Below, piece by piece: positions 9,731 to 18,356 of a stretch of 64,000 nt of DNA. Source of the stretch: a bacterium (GTDB lineage Bacteria > Zhuqueibacterota > Zhuqueibacteria > Residuimicrobiales > Krinioviventaceae); NCBI GenBank assembly GCA_963674595.2, contig CAXXFV010000004.1, forward strand, positions 32,001 through 96,000. The letters are read 5' to 3'. Made by a program: the position numbers and the translations under genes. How positions within the stretch are numbered: the first letter of the stretch is position 1; each line of letters starts with the position of its first letter. Under the pieces are notes generated by a model. The model had not been told where the DNA came from, did no database searches, and saw only the letters and a list, made by a program, of their open reading frames with translations.

Positions 9731-10740
9731 TATTCTTTTGGTTGACTCAGGCTGTTTCGCAATTCCTCTGCCTGTTTTTCATATTGATTTGCAATATTTG
9801 CCATACTATCGGCAGCCGTATTTAATTTATTCTGTTCTTTGGATAATTTTGCCAAATATTCTTCGGCATCATAAACAGGTAATGAGTTGAAATCAAAATT
9901 TAACAGCTTGTCTGCCTCGCGTATCAAAGGGGTGTTACTGATACCATACATGTCAGAATTGCGTTCCCATTGATTATCCAGATAATTGGATTTTTCACCA
10001 CCAAACCAGATTCCGGCACTCTTTGTTTCCCTGCCGGCAAAAGCTTCGTCTCTTTGGTCAAACATGCGAACATCTTCCACCATGTCCGACATACGTTGAC
10101 GTAATTCCATCTCTTCCTGAACGTCTTTAAATTTTTTCGCCAAATCTTTTGCCTTTTCACGATACTTATCTTCACGATCACGGAAAAACTCTGCCTTGGC
10201 GTCAATTTCATCCGGCAAATCATCCGGCCCGACAACAGGTTCGCCGAAAGAGTTGCTTGTTTGCTTTACACTCATCAAGGCATTTATTTGGGTCCGCTTT
10301 TCCATGAGCATGTTTATCTGTTCAACCCATTTTTTTCTTTGTGAATCTGATATTTTTGATCCGGCAAGCAATGCATGAAGCGAATCTATGGAATTTGTAA
10401 AAAATACATCAGCCTGTTGCTGGTATGTACCAAACTCTTTGACCAGACCCTGGTGATAAACAACTGTTTGTTCCTGAAGCATGGCGATAGTGTGAGCGTC
10501 TTTTAACAGATCATCCAGTTCACGGCGCTTTCCATAGGATAAATTTTCGCCCTCTTTTAAAACAGCTATTTTGGCTGAAACAGAATCCAGGTCCTGTACA
10601 TATTGATTAAGTACGGTGTTGACGGAATCCAGTTTTAAATAACACCCAAGTACAACGGATTCATGCTTTTCCACAAATTCCTGTGCGAACAGGCCCTGAA
10701 AGCCCGATAATATAAATATTAAATAAACAAAAGATTTCAT
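9730..10740 (-). CDS. Hypothetical secreted coiled-coil protein
   Basis: Signal peptide ending GLFA/Q and long E/K/Q/L heptad stretches. Its stop overlaps the next start at 9730. Confidence 0.7.
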   Translation of the reverse strand: MKSFVYLIFILSGFQGLFAQEFVEKHESVVLGCYLKLDSVNTVLNQYVQDLDSVSAKIAVLKEGENLSYGKRRELDDLLKDAHTIAMLQEQTVVYHQGLVKEFGTYQQQADVFFTNSIDSLHALLAGSKISDSQRKKWVEQINMLMEKRTQINALMSVKQTSNSFGEPVVGPDDLPDEIDAKAEFFRDREDKYREKAKDLAKKFKDVQEEMELRQRMSDMVEDVRMFDQRDEAFAGRETKSAGIWFGGEKSNYLDNQWERNSDMYGISNTPLIREADKLLNFDFNSLPVYDAEEYLAKLSKEQNKLNTAADSMANIANQYEKQAEELRNSLSQPKE

Positions 10741-10748
10741 AAAACAAA

Positions 10749-11987
10749 CTAGCTCTTTAAATTAACAACTTTTCCAACAAACAACATAGCGCCGGTTTCC
10801 TGTTCGTGGATAACAAACAAAAACGGCCGGTCAACGGTCATTACAAAATAGGGATCATGATTACCTATACCATACTCTTTCATAACAACAACAGTCACTG
10901 CCGCAGCTTCGGTACCCTTTTCATCAACAGAGACAACAGCTTTATGGTCGACTTTATCGATATATAATTCGCCATTTTTATTAATACCGCGAAAATCAGC
11001 ACCGCCGCTAAAAGCGATGCCCATGCCCATTTTTGACAAAACGTCTTTCAGGTCTTTTCTATATTCCACATCAAACTTTGGAAAAGAGAAAGAACCTTTC
11101 ATAGTTTGAAAACTTGTCATCCATTGGGTCCATTTATCAGAATCCATCACCATAATCAGAGAATCCAAATCACAAGATGTCTGCGGCAGGATAACAGCCA
11201 TCCGGCAGGCGCCGCCTCCATAGGGTAAATCAATGGCCTGGATTTTATCGTTTCCAAAATAGGAAAAATTGTTTTCCTGATGCATCATTTTACAGGAGAC
11301 CTCTGCGGTTTTTCCATAAAAAGTGCCGTTATGGGTGTTGGATTCGTCAAATTCACTGGTCCAGGTGCCGTTAAAATAGATGGCATTTATTAGAAACATA
11401 ATGGTTGACGGATCTATAAAATCAATCATTTCGGGTATTTTATCGGCTGTATTTTCACTAATCCAGTTATTAATCTCATCCGGGGCCGTCGGTAACGAAA
11501 AATCCAACGGGAACACACCCGCATCAAAATTGGATTGATTTAACTCTAAAAATTCATCTTCAACAGTGAACCCTAAACGATACCAAATAGAATTGGCAAT
11601 ATCAAATTGAATTTTGGCATCCAGACTTGCAAAATAATCCATTAAATTTTTGTAGGACTGGTTGATCTCTGCCTTTGTAAGCTCACCAAATCCCAGAGTA
11701 TTTCGCATGGCTGATTCGGTCGTTGTTTGTGCTCCGTTATAGGTCATACCCAGGGCCATGGAAACGGAAAAAGGTGAAAAGAAAACATCCGTATCTTTAT
11801 CATCCTGACTGAGTTGTTTTAACAAATTAATACCAAACTCATTACTGACCCTGGCAACATCAACATCAACCTTTGACAAATTGTGTTTTTTGATAATTTC
11901 CGTATCACTCATTAAACTGCTTTCACAATTTACAAGCAAGATAGAAACACAAACAGCTAAAATTGTTAAAAATTTAACTTTAATCAT
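10749..11987 (-). CDS. Serpin (serine protease inhibitor), probable lipoprotein
   Basis: FFSPFSVSMALGM, NAIYFNGTW, hinge VDEKGTEAAAVT, DRPFLFVI serpin signature, and LLVNC lipobox-like signal end. Confidence 0.95.
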   Translation of the reverse strand: MIKVKFLTILAVCVSILLVNCESSLMSDTEIIKKHNLSKVDVDVARVSNEFGINLLKQLSQDDKDTDVFFSPFSVSMALGMTYNGAQTTTESAMRNTLGFGELTKAEINQSYKNLMDYFASLDAKIQFDIANSIWYRLGFTVEDEFLELNQSNFDAGVFPLDFSLPTAPDEINNWISENTADKIPEMIDFIDPSTIMFLINAIYFNGTWTSEFDESNTHNGTFYGKTAEVSCKMMHQENNFSYFGNDKIQAIDLPYGGGACRMAVILPQTSCDLDSLIMVMDSDKWTQWMTSFQTMKGSFSFPKFDVEYRKDLKDVLSKMGMGIAFSGGADFRGINKNGELYIDKVDHKAVVSVDEKGTEAAAVTVVVMKEYGIGNHDPYFVMTVDRPFLFVIHEQETGAMLFVGKVVNLKS

Positions 11988-13368
11988 GTTGATCTTCCCC
12001 TTCTTTTGTTATAAAACCATACTTTTCCAACTTGTAATACAACGCACTGGTTTTAATGCCGAGTTTTTGTGCCGCCTTGGATTTTATACCATGTGCCGCC
12101 TCCAAAGCGGATTTAATTGTCTTACGTTCCACCTCTGCCAAAATTTCATTCAAATCTGTCGTTTCAGTCGGTTTCGGATTGTTTTCGGTAAACAAAATCA
12201 AATCGGATACTTTTAACTCACTGTCTTCCGCCAACACAGCAGACCGCTCCAAAATATTTTTCAGTTCCCGAATGTTTCCGGGCCAGCGGTAATGGATCAG
12301 TTTGTTTAATGCTTCGTCATTTATGGTCAGGTCGGGAACACCGATTTCTTTACCGATCTGCTTTAAAAAATACCGGCAAAGCAGAGGAATATCTATGGGA
12401 CGTTCACGTAAAGGCGGTAAATAGATGGGAATGATGTGCAAACGATAATACAGGTCCTGGCGAAAAATATTCTTTTCAACCAACTCTTGCAGATTTTTAT
12501 TTGTGGCGGCAATAACTCGCACGTCGGCTGTCAAGGTTTCTTCTCCGCCGACGCGCTCAAATTCACGTTCCTGTAAAACCCGCAACAGTTTAACCTGCGT
12601 TTCAGCGGGCAGATCACCGATCTCATCTAAAAAAATGGTGCCCTTTTCAGCCAGTTCAAACCGGCCGCGCTTTCGTCTTACCGCACCGGTAAAGGCCCCT
12701 TTTTCATGTCCGAACAATTCAGACTCTAAAACACCGGCTGCCAAAGCACCGCAATTTACACGTACAAAAGATTTATCAGCCCGGTTACCGGCTTTATGGA
12801 TCGCCCTTGCCACAAGCTCCTTGCCGGTACCGCTTTCTCCATAAACAATAACAGTAGAATCTGTTCGGGAGACTTTATCAATCGTTTTATAAATGGCCTG
12901 CATTTTTTCGGAATGACCGATAATTTCTCCAAAATTACATTTTTCTTCCAACTCTTCTTTCAAGTACAGATTTTCATCTGCCAGCCGCACCAGTTCATCC
13001 TTTTGTTGAATATCATCCAACTGCTTTTCAACCTTGATAACCAGTTCATTGTGAGAAAACGGTTTGGTAATAAAATCACCGGCGCCTTTTTGCATGGCCT
13101 CCACGGCCATATCCACGCTGCCATAAGCGGTAATAATAATTACAGCGATCCGGCTGTTTATTGATTTTACTTTATCCAAAACCTCCAGTCCGTTCATACC
13201 GGGCAAACGATAATCAGATATAATCAAATCAACTTTATGATGTTCCAGTTTAAAAAACGCATCTTCACCATTTTCACAGGAAAACACCTGGTACCCGGCT
13301 TTTTTCAAAACCTGGACCATACCCTCACGCATGGTTTCGTTATCTTCTATGATTAAAATTGCGGCCAA
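11980..13368 (-). CDS. Sigma54-dependent response regulator (NtrC family: REC-AAA+-Fis HTH)
   Basis: Receiver domain (IIEDN, SDYRLPGMNG, TKPF), GESGTGKE, intact GAFTGA loop, FLDEIG, WPGNIREL, and a C-terminal HTH. TTG start. Confidence 0.95.
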   Translation of the reverse strand: MAAILIIEDNETMREGMVQVLKKAGYQVFSCENGEDAFFKLEHHKVDLIISDYRLPGMNGLEVLDKVKSINSRIAVIIITAYGSVDMAVEAMQKGAGDFITKPFSHNELVIKVEKQLDDIQQKDELVRLADENLYLKEELEEKCNFGEIIGHSEKMQAIYKTIDKVSRTDSTVIVYGESGTGKELVARAIHKAGNRADKSFVRVNCGALAAGVLESELFGHEKGAFTGAVRRKRGRFELAEKGTIFLDEIGDLPAETQVKLLRVLQEREFERVGGEETLTADVRVIAATNKNLQELVEKNIFRQDLYYRLHIIPIYLPPLRERPIDIPLLCRYFLKQIGKEIGVPDLTINDEALNKLIHYRWPGNIRELKNILERSAVLAEDSELKVSDLILFTENNPKPTETTDLNEILAEVERKTIKSALEAAHGIKSKAAQKLGIKTSALYYKLEKYGFITKEGEDQHD

Positions 13369-13378
13369 ACTTTATTTC

Positions 13379-13585
13379 CTATTTTTGAGATTTGTCTAAT
13401 AAAAAAACATAATGCTTTTTTACAGATAAAATATTTGTATAACAACACTTTTTTGTGGAATCCGATTTTTTGAGATTAACTTTAGTCAAACTTGGTCTGG
13501 TTTGAAAGTTATATACAGATTTTGGTGAAAAATGTGCACAACAGCACCCGGAAACCAGACAGCACAGTAAAAAAACCTTTTTCAT
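13379..13585 (-). CDS. Small Cys-rich hypothetical protein, possible lipoprotein
   Basis: 68-aa ORF filling the gap between kinase and regulator. GGGGG SD-like run upstream, MKK plus hydrophobic stretch, VSGC lipobox-like motif. Confidence 0.4.
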   Translation of the reverse strand: MKKVFLLCCLVSGCCCAHFSPKSVYNFQTRPSLTKVNLKKSDSTKKCCYTNILSVKKHYVFLLDKSQK

Positions 13586-13597
13586 AACACCCCCATT

Positions 13598-15004
13598 TCA
13601 TAAATTGGACACTCCATTTATTTTTGGTAAAGTAATTAAAAAAACAGCTCCATTTGACTCGTTAAAAACCAATTCTATATTTCCACTGTTTTGTGTAATC
13701 AGACTTTTAACCATGGGCAAGCCTAAACCAAGGCCTTTTTCCTTATTACTAAAAAACGGTTCAAAAACCCTTTCCACATCCTGTTCGGCAATACCCGGTC
13801 CATTATCAGAAAAACATATCTGAACATTGTCACTATTGTCTGATATTATAATTTTTATAACACCCTTTTTTTTCACAGCCTGCGCAGCATTTAACGCCAG
13901 GTTCATAAAAACCTGTTTTAAATGCTGCGGATCAACAAAAACCTGAGCATCACCCTCTTCTACAATTCGGACCTGTCTTTTTTCAAATTCCGGACCGAGT
14001 AATTCTTTTGCTTCCCGCCAGCAATTAAAAACATTACAAATTCTCCTATTTGGTTTTATGGGACGAGCAAAATCCAAAAAATTTTGCACCAATTGTTTTA
14101 AATTACGAGTTTCTTTTAGTATTTTTTCAGCATGGTTTTGAACCGGCTGATTTTTAAATTCATCATATAAAAGGCCGGCAAAAAGTTCAATGCCGCCTAA
14201 CGGATTTCTTATTTCATGAGCAACGCCTGCCATCATGGCCATCTGCTGTTCATCGCGCTGAACAATTGCCCGGCGCATATCTTCCATTGCTTTGGCCAGG
14301 TAGGATATTTCATCTTTGCCCTTAACCTCTATTTTTGTTTCCAAATCACCTTGCCCGATACGCTTTGCTGACTTTTGCAGGTTTGATATGGACTCGGTTA
14401 TTTTTTTTGAAAAAATCAGGGCTAAAAAAACAGAAAAAATTAATGAGACAATGCCAATCCGTATTAAATCATTTTGAATATTTTTTACTGCCTTTAGTGA
14501 CTGAGCGCTGCCCTCAACGGCAACAGCGCCGACAATTTTATCTTCAAGTGTTATCGGGGCAAAAGCAGACTTGTATAACTGATTATCATAACCTTTAAAA
14601 AGTACGGAACTGCTCATCTGTCCGTTAACTGCCTGCGATATTTCCGCCAGATTAATCGAATATTGAGAATACAACGTTCCGACCGGCTGCTGCATTTGCG
14701 TATCAACCCAAATACCACCGGACGGGGTAATCAACAAAATACGCGCCATATCGGTTTTTTCCAAAATTCGCTCAAGGCGCTGTTTTAAATTTCGATATAT
14801 TCGTGTATTTTCATCACCGGGCCCTAAAAGGACAACAAGTGATGCATCTATTTGTCCTGATACCGAAGCAGCAACAGCTTCCAGTTTTGCGGCCAGTTCT
14901 TTTTCGAGTACATTTTTTAAATGATATCGCAAATAAAAACCGGAAACCAGCAAAACAATAGCAATTTGCATTGTAAACAAAAAAACCAGTCGTTTTCTAA
15001 TCAC
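13598..15004 (-). CDS. HAMP-domain sensor histidine kinase with a periplasmic Cache-like domain
   Basis: Two TM helices, HAMP (GKDEISYLAKAMEDM), H-box AGVAHEIRNPL, QVFMNLALNA, DNGPG, GLGLGL. GTG start with AAAGG SD. Confidence 0.93.
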   Translation of the reverse strand: MIRKRLVFLFTMQIAIVLLVSGFYLRYHLKNVLEKELAAKLEAVAASVSGQIDASLVVLLGPGDENTRIYRNLKQRLERILEKTDMARILLITPSGGIWVDTQMQQPVGTLYSQYSINLAEISQAVNGQMSSSVLFKGYDNQLYKSAFAPITLEDKIVGAVAVEGSAQSLKAVKNIQNDLIRIGIVSLIFSVFLALIFSKKITESISNLQKSAKRIGQGDLETKIEVKGKDEISYLAKAMEDMRRAIVQRDEQQMAMMAGVAHEIRNPLGGIELFAGLLYDEFKNQPVQNHAEKILKETRNLKQLVQNFLDFARPIKPNRRICNVFNCWREAKELLGPEFEKRQVRIVEEGDAQVFVDPQHLKQVFMNLALNAAQAVKKKGVIKIIISDNSDNVQICFSDNGPGIAEQDVERVFEPFFSNKEKGLGLGLPMVKSLITQNSGNIELVFNESNGAVFLITLPKINGVSNL

Positions 15005-15029
15005 TACATAACCTTTCTTCAGGCTACAG

Positions 15030-15045
15030 GCAAATCACATACCAG
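15030..15045 (-). promoter_or_regulatory. Sigma54 (-24/-12) promoter for the kinase-regulator-serpin operon
   Basis: Minus strand reads CTGGTATGTGATTTGC, an exact GG-N10-GC spacing close to TGGCACG-N4-TTGC, 26 nt upstream of the GTG start. Confidence 0.7.
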
Positions 15046-15103
15046 AAACCATGCTAAAGGGACAAAATAAACCCAAGAAAAACAATACCCATAAATGAAA
15101 ATT

Positions 15104-15148
15104 TAAAAAAAGTATCAGATATTTGAAAGATTTTTCAAATATCTGATA
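15104..15148 (-). terminator. Intrinsic terminator of bshA (perfect 16-bp inverted repeat)
   Basis: TATCAGATATTTGAAA-gatt-TTTCAAATATCTGATA at 15113-15148, followed on the minus strand by a T run, a few nt after the bshA stop. Confidence 0.75.
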
Positions 15149-15151
15149 GTA

Positions 15152-16273
15152 TTATTGGTTTAATATTTTTTCATAATATGCTTCATATTGAGGGATAATA
15201 ATGTGCGATTCAAAAACAGAAACAGCTTTTTTTCTGGCTTCATCTTTAAACTCTTGCAAAACGGATTCGTTCGACAACAATTCAATAACGCTTGCGGCCA
15301 TTGCATCCGTATCGCCGACAGGATGTAAAAATCCATTTATCTGGTGGTCCACAACTTCAGGGAGACCACCGATATTTGAACCGACAACCGGTGTTTTACT
15401 GCTTAACGCTTCCAAAGCCGCCAGACCAAAACTTTCCTCGCTACTGGGAAGAAGGAACACATCAGCACACCCTAAAAGCGTTTCTACATAGTCCTGTGTT
15501 CCCAAATAAATTACATCCTGCAACACGCCCAATTGAGCAGCCAGGTCATGTGATTCCTTACGGTCCGGGCCTTCTCCAATAAGCAACAATTTTGCAGGTA
15601 TATGTTCCCTGACTTTGGCCAGAATTTGAATGGTATCTGTCAATCGCTTAACCGGACGAAAATTAGAAGCGTGTACTAAAATTTTTTCTCTGTTCGGTGC
15701 ATATTGTTTAATATTACAATTCGTAACAACTCCGTTAAAACGGTCCGTATCCACAAAATTGTAAAGGACCTTAATATCTTTTTCAATCTTAAACTCTTTT
15801 TTTGTACGATCACCAAGATATTTGGAAACAGCCGTCACGCCGTCGGAAATATCAATACTGAATTTGACGGCTTCAAAAAAAGATTCATCTTTACCGACCA
15901 GTGTTATATCCGTACCATGTAAAGTCGTAACGATTTTTGGACTGTTTTCTCCAATCATCTGCTTGGCAAGATATGCACTAATAGCGTGCGGAATGGCATA
16001 ATGGGCATGGATAATATCCAACTGATGTTCCCGTGATACTTCCATAATTTTTGTTGCCAAACTCAAATCATAGGGCGGATATTTAAAAAGCGGATAAGCT
16101 GATACATCCACTTCGTGATAATATACATTCTGCTGAAAACCTCTTAAACGAAACGGAGAACTGTAAGAGATAAAATGGACCTCATGTCCTCGCCGCGCCA
16201 GTTCAACACCAAGTTCCGTAGCAACGACACCACTCCCTCCATGTGTTGGATAACATACCATAGCTATCTTCAT
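15152..16273 (-). CDS. bshA: N-acetyl-alpha-D-glucosaminyl L-malate synthase (bacillithiol synthesis, GT4)
   Basis: [47 protein letters not shown] and ESFGL are diagnostic of BshA. Confidence 0.95.
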   Translation of the reverse strand: MKIAMVCYPTHGGSGVVATELGVELARRGHEVHFISYSSPFRLRGFQQNVYYHEVDVSAYPLFKYPPYDLSLATKIMEVSREHQLDIIHAHYAIPHAISAYLAKQMIGENSPKIVTTLHGTDITLVGKDESFFEAVKFSIDISDGVTAVSKYLGDRTKKEFKIEKDIKVLYNFVDTDRFNGVVTNCNIKQYAPNREKILVHASNFRPVKRLTDTIQILAKVREHIPAKLLLIGEGPDRKESHDLAAQLGVLQDVIYLGTQDYVETLLGCADVFLLPSSEESFGLAALEALSSKTPVVGSNIGGLPEVVDHQINGFLHPVGDTDAMAASVIELLSNESVLQEFKDEARKKAVSVFESHIIIPQYEAYYEKILNQ

Positions 16274-16404
16274 CTATATTCCTCATTTTATCATATTGCA
16301 AATATAAAGAAAATTAATATCCCTTTAAACAATTGAATGATTAATATTGTTTCATAAATAATACATGACACCGGATTTCAGAAAAATTATTTTATTTGAT
16401 AAAA

Positions 16405-17874
16405 TCAACCGGCTGTAAAATGTTCTTCATTAACATCATTCCCGTCCACATCGCAATGAGTAAATGAAATATGCGGCACTCCGTTTTGACGGAAAATATG
16501 GACCTTTAAATAACCGCCCTTAACTCTTAAAAACCGATGCTGGGGACGTTTATCGTACTGATACCATCCACCGGCGTGTGAATCAGAGCCTGCACCGCAA
16601 CTAAATTCCCAAAGATTTGTTTCCGGCAAATGGGTCACATATTGCCAATGCCTGTCACCATTACAAATAAAAACATTCTTTTGCTGATTAATAAATTCCC
16701 GGATTTGGTAACCTTCATATTTAAAGCCTGAATTGGCATAATTATCATTTTTATTTTTACGGTCCGGCCCTAAAATCGGAGTGGGAGTAATAATTATTTT
16801 AAAGGAGGCATTCGATTTTTCCAGTGTGGAAAACAACCACTGTTTTTGTTCTTTACCCCAAATTGTTTTATCCGGGCCGTCAGGCTCTGAATTTTTACTA
16901 CGAAAATTACGGCCTTCCACAAGCCAAACCTGCAAATCTTTACCCCACCGAACTGTTTTGTAACGTTTGTCATTTTCCGGAAACTGTTCCTTGTCAAAAA
17001 TCTCTAATCCCCTTTCAAAGGGAACTGTTCCATAGGTCATTCCGGGATAGACATCATCACAAAGGGTATCATGGTCATCCTTTAAAAAATATGTCGTAAT
17101 TTGAGTAAAAAAATGGCGCTGGAACGGCAATGCAAACAACCGGTCCCATTTAAACCGCATTAAATCTTCAGTAAGGGCATAGGGGTCTGGTTTGTCATAA
17201 TATTCAACATCCCCTGTGTGAACATAAAAATCAGGATTAATTTTCAACATGAATGGATATATTTTATGACCGTTTTTTAAATCATCCCGGCGAATAAAAT
17301 CATGACATGTAACCACACAAAAAGTAATTTCCTTTTCAAGTTCAGGCTGGGGCGGTGTTATAAATGTTCCGGTAATTTTATCTGAAATACCTGAATCGGC
17401 ATTTTTACGGGCCAAAAGTTCGATAAAATAGCGGGTTCCGGACATCAGGTTTTCAACTTTCCATTGTTTAGTATAATTTTTTAAAGAATCAACATCTTCC
17501 CATTCGGTTTTAATTTTGTCACCATTTTCCGTATAATATACCAGTTTAACCTGCCCAAAAGTTCCGGGACATGCTCCATACATATCGTCTAACGAACAAC
17601 CCTCCGGAATTTGAGAATCATAAAGAACCTGAGCATCCCGACATTTTTTCAGTTCCTTGTGGCGTTCTGAAGAAACAGGTAAAAATTTCTCGCCCTTTTC
17701 ATTCATTTCAGGATCTTGTGTCAATCTTGTCCATATAACAATAGAGTTCTGATCCGCCCACCCGTTATGAAATCCATTGCCGAAAAATGGCCCCTGCTCC
17801 TGCTTTTTATGCGAACACATGCTTATTGTTGTCAATACAAAACCTACAAGAATATAAAAATGACATTTTTTCAT
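16405..17874 (-). CDS. phoD: Alkaline phosphatase D family metallophosphoesterase, secreted
   Basis: Signal peptide, IVIWTR, fibronectin-like segment, and metal motifs HTGDVEYYD, KDDHD, NGDRH. Confidence 0.8.
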   Translation of the reverse strand: MKKCHFYILVGFVLTTISMCSHKKQEQGPFFGNGFHNGWADQNSIVIWTRLTQDPEMNEKGEKFLPVSSERHKELKKCRDAQVLYDSQIPEGCSLDDMYGACPGTFGQVKLVYYTENGDKIKTEWEDVDSLKNYTKQWKVENLMSGTRYFIELLARKNADSGISDKITGTFITPPQPELEKEITFCVVTCHDFIRRDDLKNGHKIYPFMLKINPDFYVHTGDVEYYDKPDPYALTEDLMRFKWDRLFALPFQRHFFTQITTYFLKDDHDTLCDDVYPGMTYGTVPFERGLEIFDKEQFPENDKRYKTVRWGKDLQVWLVEGRNFRSKNSEPDGPDKTIWGKEQKQWLFSTLEKSNASFKIIITPTPILGPDRKNKNDNYANSGFKYEGYQIREFINQQKNVFICNGDRHWQYVTHLPETNLWEFSCGAGSDSHAGGWYQYDKRPQHRFLRVKGGYLKVHIFRQNGVPHISFTHCDVDGNDVNEEHFTAG

Positions 17875-18056
17875 AAAACCTCCGCAGGTTATGTTTTTAT
17901 TTTTTTATCATTAAAAATAAAAAATGGAACAAAATACCTTTCAAGTAGTAAATAAAATAGCAATACTTGAAGAATAGTAAAAATTATACAAAAGCGCAAT
18001 TAAGACTTGTGCTTCTCCCAAATTTAAATAAATGATTTTCCTTACTACTCTACTTG

Positions 18057-18092
18057 AAAAACAGACAGCATGACATCTGTCTGTTTTTTTTA
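18057..18092. terminator. Hairpin with T tracts on both strands in the phoD/asnA divergent region
   Basis: AAAAACAGACAG-catgacat-CTGTCTGTTTTTTTTT. Confidence 0.5.
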
Positions 18093-18149
18093 TGCCCTCA
18101 CCTCACGTTCATTTCCAAAACACGTAATTTATATTTTATATTAAAAAGG

Positions 18150-18178
18150 TTGATTAACATCATATAAAATATTACATT
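18150..18178 (+). promoter_or_regulatory. Possible sigma70 promoter for asnA
   Basis: TTGATT-N17-TACATT about 180 nt upstream of the asnA ATG. Confidence 0.35.
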
Positions 18179-18356
18179 TTTAAACCAAAAACAGACATCT
18201 TTCCCCTTGTACAATAGCTCCAATAAAACACTAGTGGGGCACACCTTATATTTCCATTATTCATAACAGATGAACAACCAGACACAACGACAATTCTTTA
18301 TTAATATACATTAATCAAAAAACGGCTGAAAACACATAATATGGAGTAAAGTTGAA

